Positions 38,798-51,630 of a stretch of DNA of 64,000 nucleotides are shown piece by piece. The notes beneath the pieces are model-generated. The model did not search any database. It was not told the DNA's origin and saw only the letters and a program-made list of their open reading frames with translations. Position numbers and translations under genes: made by a program. Numbering within the stretch: the stretch's first letter is position 1; each line of letters opens with the position of its first letter. This stretch comes from Octopus vulgaris (Eukaryota): positions 117,862,001 to 117,926,000 of the forward strand of contig OX597819.1 in the NCBI GenBank assembly GCA_951406725.2, given 5' to 3'.

Positions 38798-39357
38798 ACA
38801 AGGAACTTATGTCAGCATCATGATGAACAAAAACTTTTAGATGACTGCCCACACGGAGTCCATAGCGATAATGAGTGTCTCTTTAAAATATTCCGTTATA
38901 AGCAGTGACGTCAAAAATGGTTGAATGTAGAAGATTCTAGAAAGTTCAAGAGTTCAAACGAGGTTGGAAGGGGAGAGATCTAAGAATAGGAAGGTGACAG
39001 GGTGCAAGTTATATTAATGGTGATGTGTTGTTGTTTGGTTTTGCTAATGAGATTGAGTGCCTATGTGTGTGTATGTATATAACTGCATTCGTGTCTATGT
39101 GTGTGCGTGATTGTGTGTGTGGTTGGGTAGATGCCAAAAACAACTAGTGGTGAAGTGATAGGTTTGTATCTGTGTGTTTGGTTGTGCTTACGATAGAGAG
39201 ATGGAGAGAGAGAGAGAGAGAGGAAGGAGAGGTAGAGAGACAAAGGTAAAACATACCCCAACGAATTTGGTAGTAGTCCTTCATGAGTATAAAAATTTGT
39301 CTATGGTGGTGTTGTATAAGTGGAACCAAACTAATAAATTCAAGGAGGTTATCTATA

Positions 39358-39729
39358 TTAATCATCATTCATATGAGTGATGGTGTGTTTTTGCCAGTGC
39401 ATGCACCTATAGGATTTTTCAACCATTGTATTTACTAAAGGGAATTTGGCGAAAAGTATATGGAAAAGTTCTGAATTACAGACGCCACAAAATGTTCTGC
39501 CCTTATCAAACGGAAAGGATACAGACAATATGGACCATTGCAGCTTGAAAGTTATATTGCTGTCCTTAAGACACCAAACTAATTTACTTAGTCCTGTGCT
39601 TTGTTGTTTTCTCTTATCTCGGAAAGTTGAATAATGATTGGAAATCCTCTGGGCTAATTTTGAAGTAGTCGCCCCAATGTAGAAGAAGACACCGGTATGG
39701 GAAGAAATTTTACACTGGTAAATGAGAAA
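39358..39729 (-). pseudogene. GIY-YIG endonuclease reading frame (no start codon; absent from the ORF track)
   Basis: Stop-free: FLIYQCKISSHTGVFFYIGATTSKLAQRISNHYSTF...LSKLVWCLK...LQWSIL...FCGVCNSELFHIL...LVN...RCMH*. Confidence 0.9.
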
Positions 39730-41520
39730 TTCCTCTCCTCTCTATTTCTTACTATTATTTATCACACGTGGAACGGAAAATGCCGTCGAAGACTACCGCA
39801 AACGCCCTGGTTAAAATTACTAACGAGGGCATATTGAAAGAATTAAAAGAAATTAACTCAAATCTAGTTATTCTAAAACAATAAAATCGATGGATTAGAT
39901 TACCGCTTCCGAGAATCAATAGATTTTTGACAGAGGAGACAAACTACAAAGAAGATTAACCAAAATTTTAACGAAATATGCACAACATCGCTGTCAACTT
40001 TCACAAAAAATCTTGCAAAAGAATAATCACCAAAATACCAAAGCCACTAGCCCTACTTGGTCCAAAACCTAAGCGCTAAAAGATAAGGATATATGTGAAA
40101 AATGGATGAAATTAACACCACGGAAACTACAAATCAAATCGATCCCAGAAGAGCACGAACAAGAAAGACATTTTAGGGAGAAATTAGCACTAGATAAAAT
40201 GAAAATAGAAACTGAGTCACTTAAGCTTAGAGCATCGAATAATGAACAAAAATAGAAAACCATCGATGAAGATACACAACTTTTGGAAAGTGCAATAAAC
40301 CTAGGAAATATAGTTGTGAGTCGGAAGAAATAAATGCCCTTCAACGGTAGGAAGTCAGGGTTAATTTCTTCCTAAGTTACGAAACTCAGTTTAAAAGAGA
40401 CTACAGTTACGATAACCTTTTCCCGAAAAAAATGTAGAACAAATTACATCTACAAAAACAATTAAACATCCTACTAGATCAAACTATAAACATCTTAAAG
40501 TACGCAAACACAAAAAACTCACTTATCACTTGAAAGTAAACCGTTCTCAAACTACTAATAGGGACATTTCACTACGAAATACTAAAAAATATCAACCTAG
40601 GTTGGAAGTAAATATTCCTCCCCAGCAACTAGTAATATTGAAGGGTCTTCTTTTATCCATCATCGAAGAGACTGAACCTAGGGAATTCCAACCTATTTAT
40701 TCAGACAGCAAAGATAATCCCCTAGTATCTCAAACATAATTAAGAACCCTGACACTTTATACCAATGAAAAACTTAAACCACGTACTTTGAACCAATTTA
40801 ACTAGAGAGCAAAACCAGCCTCCGAACAATCTTAATATAATAACACTCATAATATCTACCTCCCAAAATACAGTAAACATTTTTTTAGGTCGAGTGGAGA
40901 GGAGCAGACCATACTTTGGAACAATATATAAAAGAGAAACCCAAGGTAATAAATTTATCAAAGAAAATTCTCTCTGCAACAAAAATCAGTATACTAGCTA
41001 AAGGATTAAAATTTGACGCAACCCCACGCAGAGTTAACCAGAATGAAATTAAAGACAATATTTCGGAATCCTGCAGAAAACTACGACTTACAGAGGCACT
41101 AACTGACTACAACAACGAAGATGAATTACTGGTTAAAAACTGAAGCAATTATGTTCCACCTAAGGATAGGAGAACACGGTAGATGACTTCTGCGATCATT
41201 TCCGTAGTTTGCCACAAAGTTTCCATAAGGAAAAAAAATTAATCCAAGCCCCAAGAATGGGAAAATTTAACTAACAATTAAAGAAGCAGACAAAAGAAGT
41301 GCTCCATTTCTGATGGAAACAGATAACTACAAAAACCTTGTATTATCCATGCAAGAAAATTATAACTTCTCTGAAAAAAATTATAGACTATAAACAACAA
41401 AGAACAATGAAAAATCTAGCAGTATTAATTTATCTACATGAACGGCCTGACAGAAAATGAAATAAATTATATCACGAAATTTAAAAGTAAGCCTCGTCTT
41501 TGTTACGGCCTAACCGAAAG
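39730..41520 (+). pseudogene. PLE 5' region and N-terminal/pre-RT domain, decayed
   Basis: ATG at 39780; KVINLSKKILSATKISILAKGLKF, RKLRLTE, IKEADK, LTENEINYI, CYGL (the FYGLPK position); truncated before the RT core. Confidence 0.85.
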
Positions 41521-43460
41521 GTAACAATGTATTTTTATGAATATTAGAGAAATAGTAGTAACCGGCTTAATACTTGATTGATATTACAGACAATTAAAAC
41601 TGTATCATCAGTGTATTCAGTTTGTATCTGAACAATTTACAGTCGATTTAGCATCGGGTTCGTAATAATTTTTGTACTTATTTTTAAGCTTTCCTTGTAT
41701 TCGTATTCGTTTTTTATTTGTATTCCTTTCTGGAATTTTCCGACACACTGGAGCCATTGGATTTGATGTCATTAATGTTTCGTTTAAACTGGACCTAGAA
41801 AACGCTTGCTGGAAATGTGAACTGGGAAAAATCCGGAGAGACTATCTTCTAAGGACAAAGAATTGCTTAAAATTGATTGTGTTGTGTCGAAAGACTTGGA
41901 AGCAATAAGAAAGATATGAGGTGTAAAATCGAATAGATTGGGTGTGTCTGATTCACCAGGTGCATAACAGACAACAACTATGCAGAAATGGAGAATAGAG
42001 ATCCACGACTGCGATTCTATGGATCATGGAGTGAACCGTATCGTTTAGCGATTGAATATCGATTAAGAAGGTGGCATTCTTTGGAGATGATTAAACTTAT
42101 ATATGACAATAATCATTAAGATATTTGCCTATTTACACTAGGTATGCTGAGGCAAATAGTTAGTTATACATACATATTTATGTATATAAAGACTACATTT
42201 CATGGATATATATAGTGGTATTATCCGAGTTTTCATCAATGGCTGTTTTGAGATTATATTTGCTATTGCTTCAGAAGTAAATGGACCGAAGGAATTATGT
42301 TGAAAGTTCATGAATTTACCTTAAACAATATAGTGCTTCTAAGATGCAAGAGAATAGGAAGAATTTCTATTCACGTTTTCAGTGCTAGATTTAGAGGCAA
42401 AACGGTTATTCAGTGTAGAAGCAAAATCTTGGCAATAGGAATAACTACTTCAAGAACTTAATTTCGTTTTGTATCAAGAAAGTTTTTTTTAGAATTATTG
42501 CTGCGGTTTCTAAAGCTTAAATATATGTTATTTTCTACAGAAGAAGTTTCTTTATGCGATTTTACATTCTTTTGGTAATAATACGGCAAATATTCATCAT
42601 ATATTTCATTCGAAGACAAACTACAGAGTCCAAATCAGTCATCCTTCGCATCTAAAGTCTCAGTTATATACAAGCATACATATACGGATACGCATATGCA
42701 CGGTCCTAAATACGTAATACATGCATCTATAGCTATCATCTCTACCAACATCTCTCTCTCTTCCTCTCTCCCTATCTCTCTCTCTCTATCTATCTCTGTG
42801 TATAACAGTAACTCTCTGTGTCTCTGTCGCTCTCTCTCTCATTATATATGTATATGTATGTATGCATAGAAAGGTAGATAATTAAATAACGTATATATGT
42901 AGAGATCATAAGATATACATGGTACCCTAGATCTATTTACTGTGTAAGTTATATTTGTTTAATGGCTTCCACTCCAATTCTGTGAATTATCTACTTATCT
43001 GCTACGAAATATACTTAGGGTAGCATCCCTAATATTCGATTACAGCTTTTAATAAAACTGTGATTAGAAATCGCAATATAGATTGCTTTTAATTCTGCCA
43101 GTCGTAATGAAGAGCCGGATTATACAACCGCCTGAATATAATCTTTCATCAATTCCTTTTGTGAATTACATCCATATTGACTCAAAGAGCACTTGCGTCT
43201 ACCTACTTGTCGATTTCGTTTTCTACTTATCTATATCTGTAAGATTTTGAATTATATATCTATATTTTAGATAGATAATATATATATATATATATATATA
43301 AGTTCAGCAAAATTTAGATTCAGATGAATATGTTACTTAAGTCAAAGGCACCAACATTTTGTATGGTACTATGCATATAAATCAAATGGGGTGATTATAA
43401 TCAAAATAAGCAACAAGTATATCCGATTTGTTGATTATTTTGATTATATATATATATATT

Positions 43461-43560
<100 letters not shown>

Positions 43561-44615
43561 GTGTGTGTGTGTGTATGTGTGTGTGTGTGTGCGTGTATAT
43601 ATATTAGATAGATAATATAAGATAGATAATATTATATTTGTTAGTTTGCATGTGTATAGAATTGTAAGAATTTAGTTGTATATTTTAAAGATCAATTCAT
43701 AAATTTATATATAACCTGCCCCCACTGAAACTAAACGTTTGAGTTCTGTCTTCGTTGAAATTCATTTTGTAGTATTAATAAAGCACGAAGTCACTGTTTT
43801 GTCTGGGCTAAATTGTATATCATACGTGTTTGGAAATCCTCACTTTTATATTTTGGGTTTCTGCTTAATTATATTCATGTCATACTTCAGTTTCTTTGTT
43901 GTTTTTCAAATGCGAGAAAAAGCTTTCCTCAAACATTGAAAGTACTGGACTCCATGACAATCTGTTTCTCGCAACGTTGTTGAATATACTATTAACAGCT
44001 CTGCATAGAAAATATGCGAATATAAATAGCTTTTCCATTATATCTACTAGATATTTTTCTGTTCATTGATATCACTGCATATTCTGTACGTTTTTTTTTT
44101 TTCTTATATGAATGAATATATATTCCGACTAAGATAAATTAATGTATGATTTTGTACTAATTTTTTTGTGTTGTAGATATTGAACAATGGCGAAATATAC
44201 ATACAGGTTATATATATTTTGGTATGTTTTAATTTTAGATGGATATTTAAATAAAGGTCTATTAAATCATCTAAATAATAGTAATCCACACCGCGTTCCT
44301 TTTCAAATAATTGATGCAGCACGAAGTTTTGTCAGTCGCGGTTTCAAAGCGACGAAAATATTTTGACAAATTAAATTTAAATGATGAAGTAAATCTAATG
44401 GTTTTGTGTGTTTCCTAAATGGCTTATAAACACCTTCCACGCTGCAATTGTTGTTGTATGTATATATTTTCAAATATATTCATACAATTTGTTGAATTTT
44501 AATCTTACTCTGAAACAAAATGTTAACAAACTATTTTAATATGATTAGACTCCTAGTAAATTGTAAGCAAGCAAAGCGAAACAATTGAGAAAAATGCCAA
44601 ATCAAAAACCAGGAA

Positions 44616-45502
44616 TATTGGGTGATCCCATTAATAATGGCTGTTTTTTCAATTTCATTAACTACAAGTCGGAGGGGAACCGGATAAACTACCTGCATCA
44701 ACTTGCCATAAAAGTAAGTACTAATTTTACCTTGTCCTAATACTTAGTGCAAATTTTGAAAAGTGCAGTTCAATTTTAACAGTTATTTATAATGGAAGTA
44801 AAAAAGCCTATTTTGCTGTATGAGATCAATAAAGGCAACAAGTCAGAGGAATATTAATGCTGTATATTGGGATCGGAAAAGAAGCGCAAACCAGTTTAAT
44901 GGTTGTTCCAGAAATTTCAAGACGGAAACTACAGCCTAGAAGACTAGCCTTGTCCTGGAAGATCTCTGGAGTTAAACGAGGACGTCCTGCAAACCCTGGT
45001 GGCTCAAAATCCTATTCGAACTGTTGAGAAACTTGCAGAGAAGCATAGATTCGGTCATTCAACCGTTCACTGACATCTGCGTGCTATCGGAATATGACTA
45101 AAGGTGTGGATTCATCAGGTTAATCCTCGGCCACATACAGAGAGGATGACATTCCAAAGACTGGAGCAGTTTGAATGGGAGTCGATATCCCCCTCACCAT
45201 GTTGGCTGGACATTGCCCCACCTGATTAGTATTTATTCTGCTGTCTTGAAAATCATTTGGACAGTAAAACATATGAATTCTCTAAACGAGGTCAGAACAC
45301 TAGTGGACGAGTATTTTTTTGTCATGGGCAATTCCATTTTTGGAAAGGGAGCTTTGTATTCTACCATATAGCTGGAAGACCATTATAAAAAAATGAAGGA
45401 GTGTATGATCCAGATTGAAAAGAAAAAAAAACTTTGTTTATCTTAATTTTGAAAAGTAAAAGAAATATATAAAAAACGCGTCATTTATGTGATGACCCTA
45501 TA
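44616..45502 (+). mobile_element. mariner deletion derivative with both TIRs
   Basis: tattgggtgatcccattaataatg / catttatgtgatgaccctata; FQKFQDGNYSLED*PCPGR, NPIRTVEKLAE, DIAPPD remnants. Confidence 0.88.
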
Positions 45503-46074
45503 CTTAAAATCTGTCTGAGAATAAACATTCACTAATATATTCAATAGTAGTCATTTAATTTTTTTACTTGTAACTAACAAGATTTTATCTCACTCTCGCT
45601 CTCTCCCTCTCCCTCACTACGAAACTAAGTGGAGTCTGAGGATTTTCTACCTGGCATAGGGTGGTTGCCTCCCTTGTTAGCATGTATGCATCTATGTTCC
45701 TTCTAAGGATCAAAAGTATTAAACTCTTAATTTTAGCAATGTAGGTGCATTAGCACCCTTAGCCAAACTTAGTGACTATAGAATTTTCCCTTTAGGATAG
45801 CTCATTGCACCTAGCTGTTTATATAATTTTTTGTATACGCATTAGGCGTTCTGTTAAATCATCCTTACATTTTTATGGTAAATACATATATGACAAAAGG
45901 CGGAATTAGCCGAACATGTGCTGTTCAAGTAGTTCCCATTGAGGATTTCTACGTAATAGACAAAACCAGACGTCCAGTGAACCCGTATACATCTGCACTC
46001 CTCATACAGCATTATATATGCGTACTGATTTACACACACATATATTTATAGTTTTAATTTACAAAAGGTAAAAC

Positions 46075-46255
46075 AAACAATACAAAAGACGAAGACGCGT
46101 GTGTAAACAACAACAAATGTATTAGTTTAACGCTCGGAAAGTGAGAAAGTGTTTTCTATTTCGAGCATACGCTCTTCAACAGTAAGGAACTCATAATTAA
46201 ACAGAGTGAGAAGATAAAAAAAGGTTTAGTGGCTAGCGCTCAGTCATAGCGAATG
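46075..46255 (-). mobile_element. PLE 3'-end remnant with hammerhead-like motif (46151-46186)
   Basis: Homologous to 18120-18260; ctgttgaa-gagcgtatgctc-gaaa. Confidence 0.6.
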
Positions 46256-46274
46256 CTTAATTTTTTTTTCAAAT

Positions 46275-46535
46275 AAGCACACCCCCTGTATATTCATTCT
46301 TTTATTCAGGTTCATCATTGTTCTTAGTTTATTATCCTTTGTGTGAAAATATTATCTCACATCCTGTGACCTCCTTATACGATTCTCCAACGGTACAGGA
46401 GAAATCACAAGGGGTGGAACGTTGCTGCTGAAGATGTCACAGGATGTGAGACGAATGACATTCCGACAAAGAGCAATGAAATTAGAACAATAATAAATCC
46501 ATAGTGAAAATCGAACATGTAGTGTGTGTGATTAC
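46275..46535. repeat. Degenerate inverted repeat
   Basis: Perfect 16-bp core tctcacatcctgtgac / gtcacaggatgtgaga with weaker flanking complementarity. Confidence 0.65.
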
Positions 46536-47081
46536 ATAGCAAAACAAATGAACTTTCTGTAACACAACAATATCTGTTGCAACACGTTATTTCTTTTCAG
46601 CAGTCTTGGAAAACAGTTACATAAACTATTCAAATGATTTTATATTTTCTTAACACCGCATCATTTAATGTTGATTCTAAACGTTTGTTTTGAACAACGG
46701 TGTTCTTATAACCATTAATTTACATTTCGGAACATTCGACATCACATTTTGTAAATATATATTTATCATATTAGGCTGACTTGCAAGAAGTCAGAAAGGT
46801 GCTTAGGAATGATTTTATAATTTTAAAAACTGAAGCAGGGGGAAAAACACACTACATGCAAATACCCGTTAAAAGAAGATTGATTTGTGAGATTGTGAAC
46901 GTCCCAAGCAATAAGATTAATGGTTGTTGAAAAGTTATTGCTATGGAATATGCATGAAGGACTTATAAAAAAACAGGAAAAAAGCTGGAATACGAAGAAC
47001 CGAGCCTGAAGCATGTGTACGAAACTCAGACACGCACGCACACATACATATATACATAATGTATATATATATAGATAATGC

Positions 47082-47162
<81 letters not shown>

Positions 47163-47186
47163 TATAGACATAGATATAGATATATA

Positions 47187-47222
<36 letters not shown>

Positions 47223-47290
47223 TAGATAGATAGATAGATATATAGATTGATAGATAGATAGATAGATACAGACATAGATATAGATATATA

Positions 47291-47338
<48 letters not shown>

Positions 47339-48148
47339 TATCTCTCTTTCTATATATGTGTGCATGGGTGTCTATGTGCATGTGTGTGTGAGTGTGTGTG
47401 TGTTTTTGTGTAAGAGAATGCATCCACATAATTTATATTAATTCGCGTATACCTGTGTCACCTATGTAGCGAAAGTGATAAATAACCAGCTAACAAATTC
47501 GCGTTATGCATTTTTCCGATGCCCCCGAACATTTTTGCCATATTCATAATGCACACATCACCGATTCCATGCTAGTATCGTGGTTTACTATTATTGATGT
47601 CTTTTAGTGCTTCCAGCAATAGAATACTTTCATATTGCAAGATCTATATTATATATATATATGGAGTGCAAAACGAAGAACTGCAAACAGACGGAAAACA
47701 AAGAATTCAGAAAAAAGGAAAGACACAGAAGAACAATCAAATATCCCCAGAGTGAACTGTTTAGTAATACAATTGTTCATTGATGCTTGAATTTCTTTTC
47801 ATATCTGCTCCTCCGTACTTAGATGTTCTTTTTTCTATTATACATGTAAAATAATAGATATTCATAGACACGTTCAGAGACGCAGAAATGGAACACACAA
47901 GCACATGTTAAGAACCTAGATTGAAATATTTGGAAACAAAAACATAATTTCATTTATCTTCCCGCGTGTCTCACATATCTAGACATCTTTACAAAAGCAG
48001 ATGAAGCCACCCATTTTTTCATAGACAAATATTCACACTCGCATTCATTGATATGAAACTTACCAAAGGCTTTCAAATATAGATGCATATACACAAATGC
48101 AAACCACCGAGTACACGGACATATAGCTGTATATGTGTGTATACATAC

Positions 48149-48202
<54 letters not shown>

Positions 48203-51139
48203 CATATATGTTCATATATGTATATACATATATAGATATAGATATATAACTACATATATATATATATATATATATATGTATATGTATATAAATATGTATG
48301 AGTATGTATAGATGTGTATATGTGTGTGTGTGTCCATACGCAAACGAAAATCACCGTTTCTTTCCCTTTCGGCTAACACTCCGTCCTCTATTTCTCTCTG
48401 TCGTTACACAAATACATTCATAAGTAAATTCGTACATCACAAATATGTGTGGGTATGTTTGTTTTCGGGTGGGTGTGAATGTATACATATGTTCTTCATG
48501 TGCGCTACAAAATATGTAGATAGAGGTGCATTTATAATCTAAGGACAAGTGCATACATATATGCATATATTCGTACACATAAGAAAGCGAATAAGATTTC
48601 AATAATTCACATTCTATCAATAATCCAATACGGTCGGAATAAATGGAAAACTAATATTAGAGAGAAGAATCAGCTTATTAAACGTCTTCCATACTATATT
48701 TCCCCAGGGAGAAAATACACTTATTACAATAAACCTATAAAATTTACGTAGGTGCAAGAATTTGCCTTTATAGGAATTCTTCTGAAAATTTTTTTTCAGT
48801 GTTAAAGATTGCATCTTATTGTTAACATGCTGAGTTTTCTCTCACTTTCGAGTATTAAAGAAGAATGCATTCTCAGTTGAAACCGACTTAAAAGAACAGA
48901 GGAAATTATCATTTAATATTTATTTGACGATCTGAATATTAGCTTTTATATCTAGAATGAAAGAAATAGCTACGTTGAAATAGCGATCGAGGGTGCTTTG
49001 AAGATTATTATAAATAAATTTTATCAAATATAGGTCTCTCTCGCGCGTTAACATTTGGACTATCATTCTTACTGTTTCGATTAGATGTTCCAAGCATCAG
49101 ACAAGACATATTGCTTGTTCCTTTCAGCCTAGGAAATATCTCCCTACCTCGTTAGTGCTCTGTAAAATGCATTAAATAAACGTAATTCCAGTTGTTTAGT
49201 TGTAAATAAATAAAATTATCTACACTACACATAACATCTGACTAAAATGCATCTAACATCTGATTTGAACTCAGAAATGTATAAAAGGAAATTCATAACA
49301 CAAAACATTGCAAGTTGTTGAAAACAACGTAGAACCGAGCAATACATTATTGCACTTTAATAAATTTCCAGGATTTGAAATTTTATTTGTCACATAACAT
49401 GTGTTAGAAAAGATAATGGTAAAGTAAAACGCAAACATTTTTCTTGCAGTTTCTTACAGAAATTGTTTATTGAATCAAATTTACCCTACTATTATGTAAT
49501 AAAATATTAAATGTAAGCAAGTGAAAGTATGGATGCTTTCAACCTTGACAAGTTGTACGACAAATTAAGTGCTAAAAATTCAATATTACTTCATCTCGGT
49601 CTGTACTTGCGTAATGTATTTTATGAAGGTCAAATGACCGAAGTTCTCCGGGATATAGATCTAAACACAATGTGACTAAAGCAACTGAAACTTAATAAAA
49701 CATTTCTGAGAAATTGTATTTAATATGGCTGCTATTTCGAAATAAGTTAAGTATGGTATGGCTTAAATAATTATATTTGGCTACCAATTTTCTTTCTGCG
49801 GAGAGGCACGAATAAAGCACGATTTTGATATTTCGTTTCTACATCTTCGCAATGTAATTACAGATAAGTTCAGTACACAAACTGAACAACAGAACTACCT
49901 TTTAGTCACGAGAAGAATAATTATGTCATTATTGATCATTTTACAACTCATAAGAAAGTCGATAAAACACACTTTGATCTCTCTTGTTGATTTTGATATA
50001 CCATTATCACTCGTCCGGCATTTTATTGGTGCCTAGAGGATATATATTATATGTGCACGGATATGAAACATAACTTGACCGCTCGGAAATTGTGTGAACT
50101 ATCTATTGAACAAATGAGAACCGTTGACATTTTGGTTAGCAATCTGACCTTTCACAACGTGGCTCACTGCGTGATTATAGATATAGTTCTTATCTCGACC
50201 AGTGTAATGTTTATATTCCTCAAAACAGATATTTCAATAACGAAGATTTTTCTCAGTTAAAAATAAAACACAAGAATAAAAAGAAGCAAAATATGGTCTG
50301 TGTGGTTCCCAAATATACGAATGTGGGTGAGTGACTGGTGTTAATGAAATTAAAATTTGCTTCAAAATCAATATGAATTCGGAGTATTATCAAGACCATG
50401 TTAAATAAAGTTATATAATAGGTTTTCTTCGCTGCTCCATGTTCAAATGTTTACGTTAGTAATTTAAAACTCATTAATCAAGTGTCTCCGTTCAATGTAA
50501 CAGTCTGTCGATTACATTCATATTCAATGGATGGTTCCTTCTAGTGCAACCTCTCAAATTGCCAGACGTTCTAATATCTTCCAGCGTATGAAACATCAAA
50601 ATATTAGCTGTTTCTGTGTTTGTCACGTCAGCAGTATTGATTGCTTAAGTGTACACACTAACATGTTAAGGCGAGAAGTTCAATTATTTGTATTATCTTA
50701 TTAATAACCATTACTATGCTACATATCATTCCTTTTTTACGAAACATTGCTGTGATGGGAATCAATGGCACTACCTACAGGATCGAATGTATGTAGAAAT
50801 GAAACTATGGAAACGCAATTATCAGATGATTTTATTATTATTTTTTTTACTAGAGTGCTAAACTACGGTTTCCCGCATAAATTATTACATCAAAATTAAT
50901 TTAGCGTTTTGAACAGGTTAGTATCACCCATGTGATTAGTGCCAGGGATTACAGAATCCGTGCAATATAAATATTGGTTTTCCGGTTCTGGGAGCCGATG
51001 TACTCGATTCCATTAATTATTCAGATTTTTCTTATGCAGAACATTTACATATATAAGTTTGTTGGTTACCACCACGGCGAGTGGTAACAAATTCCATATT
51101 ATGGACAACTTGGCATTGAAACCCGCTCAGGGTACCTGA

Positions 51140-51630
51140 TGAACCTCTTCTTTTTAATCTTTTTTGCTCCTTGTAAAGTGAAACATAGGTCCTGAACAGT
51201 TGTTTTTCCACTTTCTGCGGTCATTGGCGTGTTTCTTGGTTGCTTCCCATGTCAGGCCGGATGTTTTGAGCTCGTCAAAAATGATCCGCTTCCGTGTCTG
51301 CTACGGGCGTCCTCGCTTCTTTTCCCCTGCGGGTTCCACTCAAGTGCTTGTCGTGTCACATTTGAGGGTTCTTTTCGCAGTGTGTGTCCGATCCAGCTCC
51401 ATTTCATTCGTCGAATCTGAAAAAGTATGGGCTCCTGGTTGTCCCTTTCCACAGGTCGGTGTTTGGCACTCTGTCGGACCACTTCGGATGGAGGATCTGC
51501 CGGAGATGTTTGTTGAAGGTCTGGATCTTCTTGTAGTTGCTGCATGTTTTAGAGCCATAGAACATCACATATTTTACGTTTGAACGAAATAAGCGGAGTT
51601 TAGTTTCAGTTGAGATGGCAGTGGACTTCT
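51140..51630 (-). mobile_element. RTE-clade LINE 3' fragment
   Basis: [52 protein letters not shown]. Confidence 0.9.

Larger units (their letters stand above)
38515..39729 (-). mobile_element. Third PLE family, 3' end (endonuclease + 3'UTR + hammerhead)
   Basis: See the endonuclease frame and ribozyme listed next; the tail runs toward (TA)n near 38510. Confidence 0.85.
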
